Origin: the human T2T-CHM13v2.0 reference genome, Homo sapiens
Strand: one strand, 5' to 3'
Assembly (NCBI RefSeq): GCF_009914755.1
Contig: NC_060940.1
Length of the DNA stretch: 64,000 nucleotides
Part shown: piece by piece, positions 44,501 to 59,863 of the stretch
Layout of the letters: the number at the start of each line of letters is the position of its first letter
How positions within the stretch are numbered: position 1 is the first letter of the stretch
The notes under the pieces: model-generated
Seen by the model: only the letters and a program-made list of their open reading frames with translations
What the model was told of the DNA's origin: nothing
Databases searched by the model: none
Made by a program: the position numbers and the translations under genes

Positions 44501-47500
44501 GATTCCATTTGATGATTCCATTCGATTCCATTCGACGATGATTCCATTCGATTCCATGTGATGATTCCATTCTATTCTATTCGATGATGATTCCATTCGA
44601 TTCCATTCGATGATGATTGGATTCGATTCCATTTGATGATTTCATTTGATTCCATTCGTTAATGATTTCGATCAATTCCATTCGATGATTCCATTCGATT
44701 CCATTCGATAATGATTACATCCGTGTCCATTCAATGATTCCATTTGAGCCTGTTCGATAATTCCATTTGAGTCCAACCAATGATTCCATTCATTTCCATT
44801 CAATGATTCCATTCGAGTCCATTTGATCATTCCGGTAGGGTCCATTCGATGTTGATTCCATTGGAGTGCATTCGATGATTCCATTCGAGTCCATTTTATG
44901 ATTTGATTCGAGTCCTTTCGATGATTCCATTCGATTCCACTCGATGATGATTTCATTCGAGTCCATTCGACACTTCCAATCGATTCCATTTGATGTTTCC
45001 ATTCGAGTCCAATTGATGATTCCATTCAATTCCATTCGATGATGATTCCGTACGATTCCATTCTGTGATGATTCCATGTGATTGCATTCAATGATGATTC
45101 CTTTAGATTGCATTCGATTGTGATTCATTTCGTCTTCATTCTATGGTTCCACAGGTTTCCATTCGTGTCCATTCCATTATTCCATTCTATTCCATTTGAT
45201 GATGATTCCTTTCGATTCCATTCATTGGTGATTCCACTCAATTCCATTCAATGATTCCATTCCATTTCTTTCAACAATGATTCCATTAGTTTCTAATCGA
45301 TGATCCACTTGATTCCATTTGACGACGATTCCATTCTTGTCCATTCGATGATTCCATTTGATTCCATATGATGATGATTCCATTCGATTCCATACGATGA
45401 TGATTCCATTCGAGTCCATTCAATGGTGATTCCATTCAATTCCATTCGATGATTCCTTTTGATTCCATTCGATGATGATGGCATTCGATTCCTTTCAATC
45501 ATTCCCTTTGATTGCATTCAAAGGTGATTTCATTGAAGTCCATTCGATAATTGCATTCGATTCCATTCTATGATGATTCCATTCGAGTCCATTTGATGAT
45601 TCCATTCAATTCAAGTCAATGATGATTCCATTCGATTCCATTCGATGATTCCATTGGATTCCATTCGATGATGATTCCATTCAAATCCATTCGATAATTC
45701 AATTCAAGTCCATTCGATGATGATTAAAATCGAATCCATTCAAAGATTCCATTCAGTTCCATTCGATGATTCCCTTAGATTCCATTCGATGATTCCACTT
45801 GATTTCATTTACGATGATTCCATTCGATTCCATGTGATGATTCCATTCAATTCTATTCAATGCTGTTTCCATTTGATTCCATTCGACCATGATTGCCTTT
45901 GATTCCATTCAACGACTCCATTCGGTTCCTTTTGATGATGATTCCGTTCGATTCCATTTCATTATTCCATTTGATTCCATTGGATGAGTCCATTCGATTA
46001 CATTCGATGATTATTCCATTCGAGTGCATTAGATGATTCCATTCGAGTCCATTCGATGATTCCATTCGATTCCATTCGATGTTGATTCTGTTCAAATCCA
46101 TTCGATGATTCCACTCGATTCCATTCGATGACTCCAGTTGATCCCATTCGATGATTTCCTTTGATTCCCTTTGATGATCATTCCATTTGATTCAATTCGG
46201 TGATTTCATTTCATTCCATTCAGTGATGTTTCCATTCGACTCCATTCGATGATGATTCCATTTGACTCCATTCGATTATGATTTCATTCAATTCCATTCG
46301 ATAATGATTCCCTTCGAGTCCATTCGATGATTCCATTCGATTCCATTCAACGATGATTTGATTCGTGTCCATTCGATGATTCCATTTGATTCCACTTGAT
46401 GATGATTCCATTCGAGTCCATTTGATGATTCCATTCAATTCCATACTCCGATGATTTCTTTTGAGCCCATTCAATGCTTCCACTCGATTCCATATGATGA
46501 TGACTCCATTCGATGAAATTCGATGATGATTCCATTCGCTTGCTTTTGATGATGATTCCACTTGAGTCCGTTAGAAGATTCTATTCAATTACATTCCATG
46601 ACGATTCCGTTCGAGTCCATTTGATGATTCCATTAGACTCCATTCGACGATGATTCCATTCGATGTTATTCGATGATTCTATTAGATCTCATTCGATGAT
46701 GATTCCATTCAACTCCATTCGATGTTTCCATTCGAGTTCATTCTATTATTCCATTAGATTCCATTCGATGATGATTCCATTCGCTTCCATTTGATGATTG
46801 CATTCTATTTCAATAGATGATGATTCCATCCGAGTCCACTCAATGATTCCATTCGAGTCCATTTAATGAATCCATTGGTTTCAATTCTATGATGATTACA
46901 TTGGATTCCATTCGTTGATGATTTCATTCGGTTCCATTCAATGATGATTCCATTCAATTCCTTTCTATGTTTCCATTCAATTCCATACGATGATGATTCC
47001 ATTTGATTTGATTCGACAGTGAGCCATTCGATTCAATTCCATGATGATTCTATTTTATTCCATTGGTTGACATTTCCATTCGATTCCATTCGATGATGAT
47101 TCCCTTTGATTCCATTCAAAGATGATTCCATTCTAGCCCATTCAATCATTCCATTCGATTCTATTCAATGATGATTCCATTCATGTCGATTTGGTGATTC
47201 CATTTGACTTCATTTGATGATGATTCCTTTCAAGTTCATTAGATGATTCCATTCGATTCCATTTGATGATGATCTCATTCGAGTCCATTCAGTGATTCCA
47301 TTCGTTTCCATTCCATGATGATTCCATTCCATTCCATGTAATGATTCCATTCGATTCCGTTTGATGATGATTTCATTCGAGTCCATTTGATGATTCCATT
47401 TGATTCCATTCGATGATGATTCCATTCGAGTCCATTCGATGATTCTATTCGAATCCATTTGATGATTTCTTTTGATTATATTTGGTGATGATTCCATTGG

Positions 47501-47695
47501 AGTCCATTCAATGATTCCATTCGATTCCAATCGATGGTGATTCCATTAGAGTCCATTTAATGATTCCATTTGATTCCAGTCTCTGATGATTACATTCGAG
47601 TCCATACGATGATTCCACTCAATTCCATATGATGATGATTCCATTCGATTCCATTCGATGATTCCATTCTATTCTATTCAATTGTGATTCCGTTC
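41584..47695 (+). repeat. 6.1-kb unit copy 8 (full length, 6112 bp; switches to variant subtype near 44.7 kb)
   Basis: Anchor at 41584 and 47696. Confidence 0.93.
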
Positions 47696-50600
47696 GAGTA
47701 CATTAGATGATTCCATTCGATTCCATTCAATGATGATTCTATTTGTGTCCCTTAGATGATTCCACATGATTCCATTAGATGATGATACTATTTGAGCCCA
47801 TCCAATGATTCCCTTCGATTCCATTCGATGAGGATTCCATTTGATTCAATTCATTGGTGATTCTATTCAATTCAATTCTTTGATTCCATTCCATTCCATT
47901 CGACAATGATTCCATTCGATTTCTTCCGATGATTCCACTCGATTCCACTTGACATTGATTCCATTCGATTCCATTCTATGATTCCATTTGATTCCAGTGG
48001 ATGATGATTGCCATCGATTCCATTCGATCACTCCACTCTATTCCATTTGATGATGATTACATTCGATTCCATTTGATGATTCCATCTGATTCTATTCGAG
48101 GATTCCATTTGATTCCATTCGATGATGATTCCATTCGAGTCCATTTGAAGATTTCATTCGAGTACATCCAATGATTCCATTCGAGTCCATTTGATGATTC
48201 CATTTGATTCCATTTGATTATGATTCTACTAGAGTCCATTCAATGACTCCATTGGAGTCCATTCAACAATTCCATTCGACTCCATTCGATGATTCCATTC
48301 GATTGCATTTGAGGATTCCATTCGAGTCCATTTAATCATTACCGTCGAGTCCATTTGGTGATTCCACTGGATTTCTTTTGATAATGATACCATTCAATTA
48401 CATATGATGATGATCCCATTCAATTTCATTTGATGATGATTCCATTAGAGTCCATTCGATGATTTCATTCGAGTCCCTTCATTGATTCCATCCGATTTCA
48501 TTGGATGATGACTCCATTCGAGTTCCTTTTCCACTCGATTCCATTAGATGATTCCATTGGAGTCCATTTGATTGTTCCATTCGATTCCATTCGATTCCTT
48601 TCGAAGATTATTCCATTTGAGTCCATTCGATGATGATTCCATTCCATTCCATTCGATGATTCCGTTTGATTCCATTCGATGATTCCCTTCGATTCCTTTC
48701 TTTGATGATTCCATTCCATTCCATTCAATGATTCCATTCGAATCTATTCCATGATGATTCCTTTCGATTCCATTCGCTCATGTTTCCGTTCAATTCCATT
48801 CGATGATGATTCCATTCGATTCCATTCATTGAGGATTCCATTTGATTCCATTCAATGATGATTCCATTCTATTCCATTCAATGATTGCATTCAATTCCAT
48901 TCAATGATTATCCCATTAGAGTAAACTCAATGATTCCATTCAATACCATTCGATGATGATTCCTTTTGAGTCCATTCAATGATTTCATTCAAGTCCATTT
49001 GATGATTCCTTTCAATTCCATTCTATGATGATTCCATTCGAGTCCACTCGATGATTCCATTCGATTGCATTCGATGATTCCATTATATTCCATTCAACGA
49101 CGATTCCATTCGAGTCCATTCGATGATACCATTAGAGTACATTTAATGATTGCTTTGTTTTCAATTCGAAGATGATTACATTGGATTCCATTCTATGATA
49201 CCATTCGATTCCATTCAATGATGATTCCACTCAAATCCATTGGATGATTCCATTCGTGTCCATTCGGTGATTTCATTAAATTCCATTCGAGGATGATTCC
49301 ATTCGATTCCATTCGATGATTCCATTCAATTCCATTCGATGATGATTCCATTCGAGTCCATATGATCATTCCATTTGATTTCATTCGATGATGATTCCAT
49401 TCGATTCCATTCGATGATTCCATTCTATTCCATTCGATGATGATTCCATTCGAGTCCATTCGATGATTCCATTCGAGTCCATTTAATGATTCCATTGGGT
49501 TGAATTCAATGATGATTACATTGGATTCCGTTCTATGATTCCATTCAATTCCGTTCATTGACAATTTGATTCCATTCGATGATGATTCCATTTGAGTTCA
49601 TTCGATGATTCTATTCAATTCCCTTCGATGGTGATTCAATTCTATTATATTGGATGATTCCATTCGATTCCATTTGATGTTGATTCAATTCGATTCTATT
49701 CGATGATGATTCCATTGGATTTCACTTGATGATTCTATTCGATTCCATTCAATGATGATTCACTTCTCGTCCATTGGATGATTCCATTTCATTCCATTCG
49801 ATGATGATTCCATTCGATTCCATTCAATGATTCCATTTGATTCCATTCGACGGTGAGCAATTTGATTCAATTCCATGATGATTCTGTTTGATTCAATTAG
49901 ATGATGTTTCCATTCGAATCCATTCCATGATTATTCCATTGGAATCCATTTGGCGATGATTCCATATGAGTCAAATCAATGATGATTCCATATGGGTCCG
50001 TTCGATGATAATTCCATTTGATTTCATTCGATGCTTCTATTCTATTCCAGTCGATGATGATTCCGTTGGAGTCCATACGATGATTCCATTTGATTTCATT
50101 TGATGATGATTCCATTCGATGATAATTACCTTGGATTCCATTCTATGATTCCATTCAATTCCATTCGTTGATGATTCGATTCCATTCAATGATGATTCCA
50201 TTTGAGTTCATTCGATGATTCTATTCGATTCCGTTTGATGGTGATTCAATTCTATTATATTGGATGATTCCACTCGATTCCATTTGATGATTATTCCATT
50301 GGAGTCCACTTAGTGAATCCTTTAGATTCTACTGGAAGATGATTCCATTCGAGTCCATTCGATGATACCATTCAATTCCATTCGTTGATGCTTCCATTCA
50401 AGTGCATTCGATGATATCATTCGATTCCATTTGATGATAATTCCATTTGATTCCATGCGATGATTCTATTCGATTCCATTCAATGATAATTCCATTCAAT
50501 TCAGTGATTCCTCTGGACTCCATTTGATGATGATTCCATTCAATGATTCCATTCGATTCTATTCGAAAATGATTCCATTCGATTCCATTCGACGATGATT

Positions 50601-53600
50601 CCATTCGATTCCATTTGATGATTCCATTCGATTCCATTCGATGATGATTCCATTCGATTCCATTTGATGATTCCATTCTATTCTATTCGATGATGATTCC
50701 ATTCGATTCCGTTTGATGATGATTGGATTCGATTCCATTGGATGATTTCATTTGATCCCATTCGTTAATGATTTCGATCAATTCCATTCGATGATTCCAT
50801 TTGATTCCATTCGATAATGATTACATCCGAGTCCATTCGATGATTCCATTTGAGCCCGTTCGATAATTCCATTTGAGTCCAATCAATGATTCCATTAATT
50901 TCCATTCAATGATTCCATTAGAGTCCATTTGATCATTCCGGTAGAGTCCATTCCATGTTGATTCCATTGGAGTGCATTCGATGATTCCATTCGAGTCCAT
51001 TTTATGATTTGATTCGAGTCCTTTCGATGATTCCATTCGATTCCACTCGATGATGATTTCATTCGAGTCCATTCGACACTTCCAATCGATTCCATTTGAT
51101 GTTTCCATTCGAGTCCAATTGATGATTCCATTCAATTCCATTCGATGATGATTCCGTACGATTCCATTCTGTGATGATTCCATGTGATTGCATTCAATGA
51201 TGATTCCTTTCGATTGCATTCGATTATGATTCATTTCTTGTTCATTCTATGGTTCCACAGGTTTCCATTCGTGTCCATTCCATTATTCCATTCTATTCCA
51301 TTTGATGATGATTCCATTCGATTCCATTCATTGGTGATTCCACTCAATTCCATTCAATGATTCCATTCCATTTCTTTCAACAATGATTCCATTAGTTTCT
51401 AATCGATGATCCACTTGATACCATTTGACGACGATTCCATTCTTGTCCATTCGATGATTCCATTTGATTCCATATGATGATGATTCCATTCGATTCCATA
51501 CGATGATGATTCCATTCGAGTCCATTCAATGGTGATTCCATTCAATTCCATTCGATGATTCCTTTCGATTCCATTCGATGATGATGGCATTCGATTCCTT
51601 TCAATCATTCCCTTTGATTGCATTCAAAGGTGATTTCATTCAAGTCTATTCGATAATTGCATTCGATTCCATTCTATGATGATTCCATTCGAGTCCATTT
51701 GATGATTCCATTCAATTCAAGTCAATGATGATTCCATTCGATTCCATTCGATGATTCCATTGGATTCCATTGGATGATGATTCCATTCAAATCCATTCGA
51801 TAATTCAATTCAAGTCCATTCGATGATGATTCCAATCGAATCCATTCAAAGATTCCATTCAGTTCCATTCGATGATTCCCTTAGATTCCATTCGATGATG
51901 CCACTTGATTCCATTTACGATGATTCCTTTTGATTCCATGTGATGATTCCATTCAATTCTATTCAATGATGTTTCCATTTGATTCCATTCGATCATGATT
52001 GCCTTTGATTCCATTCAATGATTCCATTCGGTTCCTTTTGATGATGATTCCGTTCGATTCCATTTGATGATTCCATTTGATTCCATTGGATGAGTCCATT
52101 CGATTACATTCGATGATTATTCCACTCGAGTGCATTAGATGATTCCATTCGAGTCCATTCGATGATTCCATTCTATTCCATTCGATGTTGATTCTGTTCA
52201 AATCCATTCGATGATTCCACTCGATTCCATTCGATGACTCCATTTGATCCCATTCGATGATTTCCTGTGATTCCCTTTGATGATCATTCCATTTGATGCA
52301 ATTCGGTGATTTCATTGGATTCCATTCAGTGATGTTTCCATTCGACTCCATTCGATGATGATTCCATTCGACTCCATTCGATTATGATTTCATTCAATTC
52401 CATTCGATAATGATTCCCTTCGAGTCCATTCGATGATTCCATTCGATTCCATTCAACGATGATTTGATTCGTGTCCATTCGATGATTCCATTTGATTCCA
52501 CTTGATGATGATTCCATTCGAGTCCATTTGATGATTCCATTCAATTCCATTCTCCGATGATTTCTTTTGAGCCCACTCAATGCTTCCACTCGATTCCATA
52601 TGATGATGACTCCATTCGATGAAATTCGATGATGATTCCATTCGCTTCCTTTCGATGATGATTCCACTTGAGTCCGTTAGAAGATTCTAATCAATTACAT
52701 TCCATGACGATTCCGTTCGAGTCCATTTGATGATTCCATTAGACTCCATTCGACGATGATTCCATTCGATGTTATTCGATGATTCCATTCGATCTCATTC
52801 GATGATGATTCCATTCAACTCCATTCGATGTTTCCATTTGAGTTCATTCTATTATTCCATTAGATTCCATTCGATGATGATTCCATTCGCTTCCATTTGA
52901 TGATTGCATTCTATTTCAATAGATGATGATTCCATCCGAGTCCACTCAATGATTCCATTCGAGTCCATTTAATGAATCCATTGGTTTCAATTCTATGATG
53001 ATTACATTGGATTCCATTCGTTGATGATTTCATTCGATTCCATTCAATGATGATTCCATTCAATTCCTTTCAATGTTTCCATTCAATTCCATACGATGAT
53101 GATTCCATTTGATTTGATTCGACAGTGAGCCATTCGATTCAATTCCATGATGATTCTATTTGATTCCATTGGTTGACATTTCCATTCGATTCCATTCGAT
53201 GATGATTCCCTTTGATTCCATTCAAAGATGATTCCATTCTAGCCCATTCAATCATTCCATTCGATTCTATTCAATGATGATTCCATTCATGTCGATTTGG
53301 TGATTCCATTTGACTTCATTTGATGATGATTCCTTTCAAGTTCATTAGATGATTTCATTCGATTCCATTTGATGATGATCCCATTCGAGTCCATTCAGTG
53401 ATTCCATTCGTTTCCATTCCATGATGATTCCATTCCATTGCATGCAATGATTCCATTCGATTCCGTTTGATGATGATTTCATTCGAGTCCATTTGATGAT
53501 TCCATTTGATATGGTTCGATGATGATTCCATTCGAGTCCATTCGATGATTCTATTCGAATCCATTTGATGATTTCTTTTGATTATAGTTGGTGATGATTC

Positions 53601-53801
53601 CATTGGAGTCCATTCAATGATTCCATTCGATTCCAATCGATGGTGATTCCATTAGAGTCCATTTAATGATTCCATTTGATTCCAGTCTCTGATGATTACA
53701 TTCGAGTCCATACGATGATTCCACTCAATTCCATATCATGATGATTCCATTCGATTCCATTCGATGATTCCATTCTATTCTATTCAATGGTGATTCCATT
53801 C
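47696..53801 (+). repeat. 6.1-kb unit copy 9 (6106 bp; net 6-bp complex deletion near 48525)
   Basis: Anchor at 47696 and 53802. Confidence 0.93.
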
Positions 53802-56800
53802 GAGTACATTAGATGATTCCATTCGATTCCATTCAATGATGATTCTATTTGTGTCCCTTAGATGATTCCACATGATTCCATTAGATGATGATACTATTTG
53901 AGCCCATCCAATGATTCCCTTCGATTCCATTCGATGAGGATTCCATTCGATTCAATTCATTGGTGACTCTATTCAATTCAATTCTTTGATTCCATTCCAT
54001 TCCATTAGACAATGATTCCATTCGATTTCTTTCGATGATTCCACTCGATTCCACTTGACATTGATTCCATTCGATTCCATTCAATGATTCCATTTGATTC
54101 CAGTGGATGATGATTGCCATCGATTCCGTTCGATCACTCCATTCTATTCCATTTGATGATGATTACATTCGATTCCATTTGATGATTCCATCTGATTCTA
54201 TTCGAGGATTCCATTTGATTCCATTCGATGATGATTCCATTCGAGTCCATTCGATGATTTCATTCGAGTACATCCAATGATTCCATTCGAGTCCATTTGA
54301 TGATTCCATTTGATTCTATTTGATTATGATTCTACTAGAGTCCATTCAATGACTCCATTCGAGTCCATTCAACAATTCCATTCGACTCCATTGGATGATT
54401 CCATTCGATTGCATTTGAGGATTCCATTCGAGTCCATTTAGTCATTACAGTCGAGTCCATTTGGTGATTCCACTGGATTTCTTTTGATAATGATACCATT
54501 CAATTACATTTGATGATGATCCCATTCAATTTCATTTGATGATGATTCCATTAGAGTCCATTCGATGATTTCATTCGAGTCCCTTCATTGATTCCATCCG
54601 ATTTCATTGGATGATGACTCCATTCGAGTCCCTTTTCCACTCGATTCCATTAGATGATTCCATTGGAGTCCATTTGATTGTTCCATTTGATTCCATTCGA
54701 TTCCTTTCGAAGATTATTCCATTTGAGTCCATTCGATGATGATTCCATTCCATTCCATTCGATGATTCCGTTTGATTCCATTCAATGATTCCCTTCGATT
54801 CCTTTCTTTGATGATTCCATTCCATTCCATTCAATGATTCCATTCGAATCTATTCCATGATGATTCCTTTCGATTCCATTCGCTGATGTTTCCGTTCAAT
54901 TCCATTCGATGATGATTCCATTCGATTCCATTCATTGAGGATTCCATTTGATTCCATTCAATGATGATTCCATTCTATTCCATTCAATGATTTCATTCAA
55001 TTCCATTCAATGATTATCCCATTAGAGTAAACTCAATGATTCCATTCAATACCATTCGATGATGATTCCATTTGAGTCCATTCAATGATTTCATTCAAGT
55101 CCATTTGATGATTCCTTTCAATTCCATTCTATGATGATTCCATTCGAGTCCATTCGATGGTTCCATTCGATTGCATTCGATGATTCCATTATATTCCATT
55201 CAACGACGATTCCATTCGAGTCCATTCGATGATTCCATTAGAGTACATTTAATGATTGCTTTGTTTTCAATTCGAAGATGATTACATTCGATTCCATTCT
55301 ATGATACCATTCGATTCCATTCAATGATGATTCCACTCAAATCCATTGGATGATTCCATTCGTGTCCATTCGGTGATTTCATTAAATTTCATTCGAGGAT
55401 GATTCCATTCGATTCCATTCGATGATTCCATTCAATTCCATTCGACGATGATTCCATTCGAGTCCATATGATCATTCCATTTGATTTCATTCGATGATGA
55501 TTCCATTCGATTCCATTCGATGATTCCATTCTATTCCATTCGATGATGATTCCATTCGAGTCCATTCGATGATTCCATTCGAGTCCATTTAATGATTCCA
55601 TTGGGTTCAATTCAATGATGATTACATTGGATTCCGTTCTATGATTCCATTCAATTCCGTTCATTGACAATTTGATTCCATTCGATGATGATTCCATTTG
55701 AGTTCATTCGATGACTCTATTCGATTCCCTTCGATGGTGATTCAATTCTATTATATTGGATAATTTGATTCCATTCGATTCCATTTGATGTTGATTCAAT
55801 TCGATTCTATTCGATGATGATTCCATTGGATTTCACTTGATGATTCTATTCGATTCCATTCAATGATGATTCACTTCTCGTCCATTGGATGATTCCATTT
55901 CATTCCATTCGATGATGATTCCATTCGATTCCATTTGATGATTCCATTTGATTCCATTCGACGGTGAGCAATTTGATTCAATTCCATGATGATTCTGTTT
56001 GATTCAATTAGATGATGTTTCCATTCGAATCCATTCCATGATTATTCCATTGGAATCCATTTGGCGATGATTCCATATGAGTCAATTCAATGATGATTCC
56101 ATATGGGTCCGTTCGATGATAATTCCATTTGATTTCATTCGATGCTTCTATTCTATTCCAGTCGATGATGATTCCGTTGGAGTCCATACGATGATTCCAT
56201 TTGATTTCATTTGATGATGATTCCATTCGATGATGATTACATTGGATTCCATTCTATGATTCCATTCAATTCCATTCGTTGATGATTCGATTCCATTCAA
56301 TGATGATTCCATTTGAGTTCATTCGATGATTCTATTCGATTCCGTTTGATGGTGATTCAATTCTATTATATTGGATGATTCCACTCGATTCCATTTGATG
56401 ATTATTCCATTGGAGTCCACTTAGTGAATCCTTTAGATTCTACTCGAAGATGATTCCATTCGAGTCCATTCGACGATACCATTCAATTCCATTCGTTGAT
56501 GCTTCCATTCAAGTGCATTCGATGATATCATTCGATTCCATTTGATGATAATTCCATTTGATTCCATGCGATGATTCTATTCGATTCCATTCAATGATAA
56601 TTCCATTCAATTCAGTGATTCCTCTGGACTCCATTTGATGATGATTCCATTCAATGATTCCATTCGATTCTATTCGAAAATGATTCCATTTGAATCCATT
56701 TGATGATGATTCCATTAGATTCCATTTAATGATTCCATTCTATTCTATTCGATGATGATTCCGTTCGATTCCATTTGATGATGATTGGATTCGATTCCAT

Positions 56801-59800
56801 TGGATGATTTCATTTGATCCCATTCGTTAATGATTTCGATCAATTCCATTCGATGATTCCATTCGATTCCATTCGATAATGATTACATCCGAGTCCATTC
56901 GATGATTCCATTTGAGCCTGTTCGATAATTCCATTTGAGTCCAATCAATGATTCCATTCATTTCCATTCAATGATTCCATTAGAGTCCATTTGATCATTC
57001 CGGTAGGGTCCATTCCATGTTGATTCCATTGGAGTGCATTCGATGATTCCATTCGAGTCCATTTTATGATTTGATTCGAGTCCTTTCGATGATTCCATTC
57101 GATTCCACTCGATGATGATTTCATTCGAGTCCATTCGACACTTCCAATCGATTCCATTTGATGTTTCCATTCGAGTCCAATTGATGATTCCATTCAATTC
57201 CATTCGATGATGATTCCGTACGGTTCCATTCTGTGGTGATTCCATGTGATTGCATTCAATGATGATTCCTTTCGATTGCATTCGATTATGATTCATTTCG
57301 TGTTCATTCTATGGTTCCACAGGTTTCCATTCGTGTCCATTCCATTATTCCATTCTATTCCATTTGATGATGATTCCATTCGATTCCATTCATTGGTGAT
57401 TCCACTCAATTCCATTCAATGATTCCATTCCATTTCTTTCAACAATGAGTCCATTAGATTCTAATCGATGATCCACTTGATTCCATTTGACGATGATTCC
57501 ATTCTTGTCCATTCGATGATTCCATTTGATTCCATATGATGATGATTCCATTCGATTCCATACGATGATGATTCCATTCGAGTCCATTCAATGGTGATTC
57601 CATTCAATTCCATTCGATGATTCCTTTCGATTCCATTCGATGATGATGGCATTCGATTCCTTTCAATCATTCCTTTTGATTCCATTCAAAGGTGATTTCA
57701 TTCAAGTACATTCGATAATTGCATTCGATTCCATTCTATGATGATTCCATTCGAGTCCATTTGATGATTCCATTCAATTCAAGTCAATGATGATTCCATT
57801 CGATTCCATTCGATGATTCCATTGGATTCCATTCGATGATGATTCTATTCAAATCCATTCGATAATTCAATTCAAGTCCATTCGATGATGATTCCAATCG
57901 AATCCATTCAAAGATTCCATTCAGTTCCATTCGATGATTCCCTTAGATTCCATTCGATGATTCCACTTGATTCCATTTACGATGATTCCTTTCGATTCCA
58001 TGTGATGATTCCATTCAATTCTATTCAATGATGTCTCCATTTGATTCCATTCGACCATGATTGCCTTTGATTCCATTCAATGATTCCATTCGGTACCTTT
58101 TGATGATGATTCCGTTCGATTCCATTTGATGATTCCATTTGATTCCATTGGATGAGTCCATTCGATTACATTCGATGATTATTCCACTCGAGTGCATTAG
58201 ATGATTCCATTCGAGTCCATTCGATGATTCCATTCGATTCCATTCGATGTTGATTCTGTTCAAATCCATTCGATGATTCCACTCGATTCCATTCGATGAC
58301 TCCATTTGATCCCATTTGATGATTTCCTGTGATTCCCTTTGATGATCATTCCATTTGATTCAATTCGGTGATTTCATTGGATTCCATTCAGTGATGTTTC
58401 CATTCGACTCCATTCGATGATGATTCCATTCGACTCCATTCGATTATGATTTCATTCAATTCCATTCGATAATGATTCCCTTCGAGTCCATTCGATGATT
58501 CCATTCGATTCCATTCAACGATGATTTGATTCGTGTCCATTCGATGATTCCATTTGATTCCACTTGATGATGATTCCATTCGTGTCCATTTGATGATTCC
58601 ATTCAATTCCATTCTCCGATGATTTCTTTTGAGCCCACTCAATGCTTCCACTCGATTCCATATGATGATGACTCCATTCGATGAAATTCGATGATGATTC
58701 CATTCGCTTCCTTTCGATGATGATTCCACTTGAGTCCGTTAGAAGATTCTATTCAATTACATTCCATGACGATTCCGTTCGAGTCCATTTGATGATTCCA
58801 TTAGACTCCATTCGACGATGATTCCATTCGATGTTATTCGATGATTCCATTCGATCTCATTCGATGATGATTCCATTCAACTCCATTCGATGTTTCCATT
58901 CGAGTTCATTCTATTATTCCATTAGATTCCATTCGATGATGATTCCATTCGCTTCCATTTGATGATTGCATTCTATTTCAATAGATGATGATTCCATCCG
59001 AGTCCACTCAATGATTCCATTCGAGTCCATTTAATGAATCCATTGGTTTCAATTCTATGATGATTACATTGGATTCCATTCGTTGATGATTTCATTCGAT
59101 TCCATTCAATGATGATTCCATTCAATTCCTTTCAATGTTTCCATTCAATTCCATACGATGATGATTCCATTTGATTTGATTCGACAGTGAGCCATTCGAT
59201 TCAATTCCATGATGATTCTATTTTATTCCATTGGTTGACATTTCCATTCGATTCCATTCGATGATGATTCCCTTTGATTCCATTCAAAGATGATTCCATT
59301 CTAGCCCATTCAATCATTCCATTCGATTCTATTCAATGATGATTCCATTCATGTCGATTTGGTGATTCCATTTGACTTCATTTGATGATGATTCCTTTCA
59401 AGTTCATTAGATGATTCCATTCGATTCCATTTGATGATGATCCCATTCGAGTCCATTCAGTGATTCCATTCGTTTCCATTCCATGATGATTCCATTCCAT
59501 TCCATGCAATGATTCCATTCGATTCCATTTGATGATTATTTCATTCGAGTCCATTTGATGATTCCATTTGATTCCATTCGATGATGATTCCATTCGAGTC
59601 CATTCGATGATTCTATTCGAATCCCTTTGATGATTTCTTTTGATTATAGTTGGTGATGATTCCATTGGAGTCCATTCAATGATTCCATTCGATTCCAATC
59701 GATGGTGATTCCATTAGAGTCCATTTAATGATTCCATTTGATTCCAGTCTCTGATGATTACATTCGAGTCCATACGATGATTCCACTCAATTCCATATCA

Positions 59801-59863
59801 TGATGATTCCATTCGATTCCATTCGATGATTCCATTCTATTCTATTCAATGGTGATTCCATTC
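53802..59863 (+). repeat. 6.1-kb unit copy 10 (6062 bp; -6, +5 and -49 bp indels)
   Basis: Anchor at 53802 and 59864; 6112-6+5-49=6062. Confidence 0.93.

Noticed and set aside
45717-45902. Single plus-strand ORF (61 aa)
   Set aside because: It arises from private substitutions in copy 8 within the satellite and has no coding features.
49502-58097. Private EcoRI site (49502) and KpnI site (58092)
   Set aside because: Single-copy point variants, useful only as markers.
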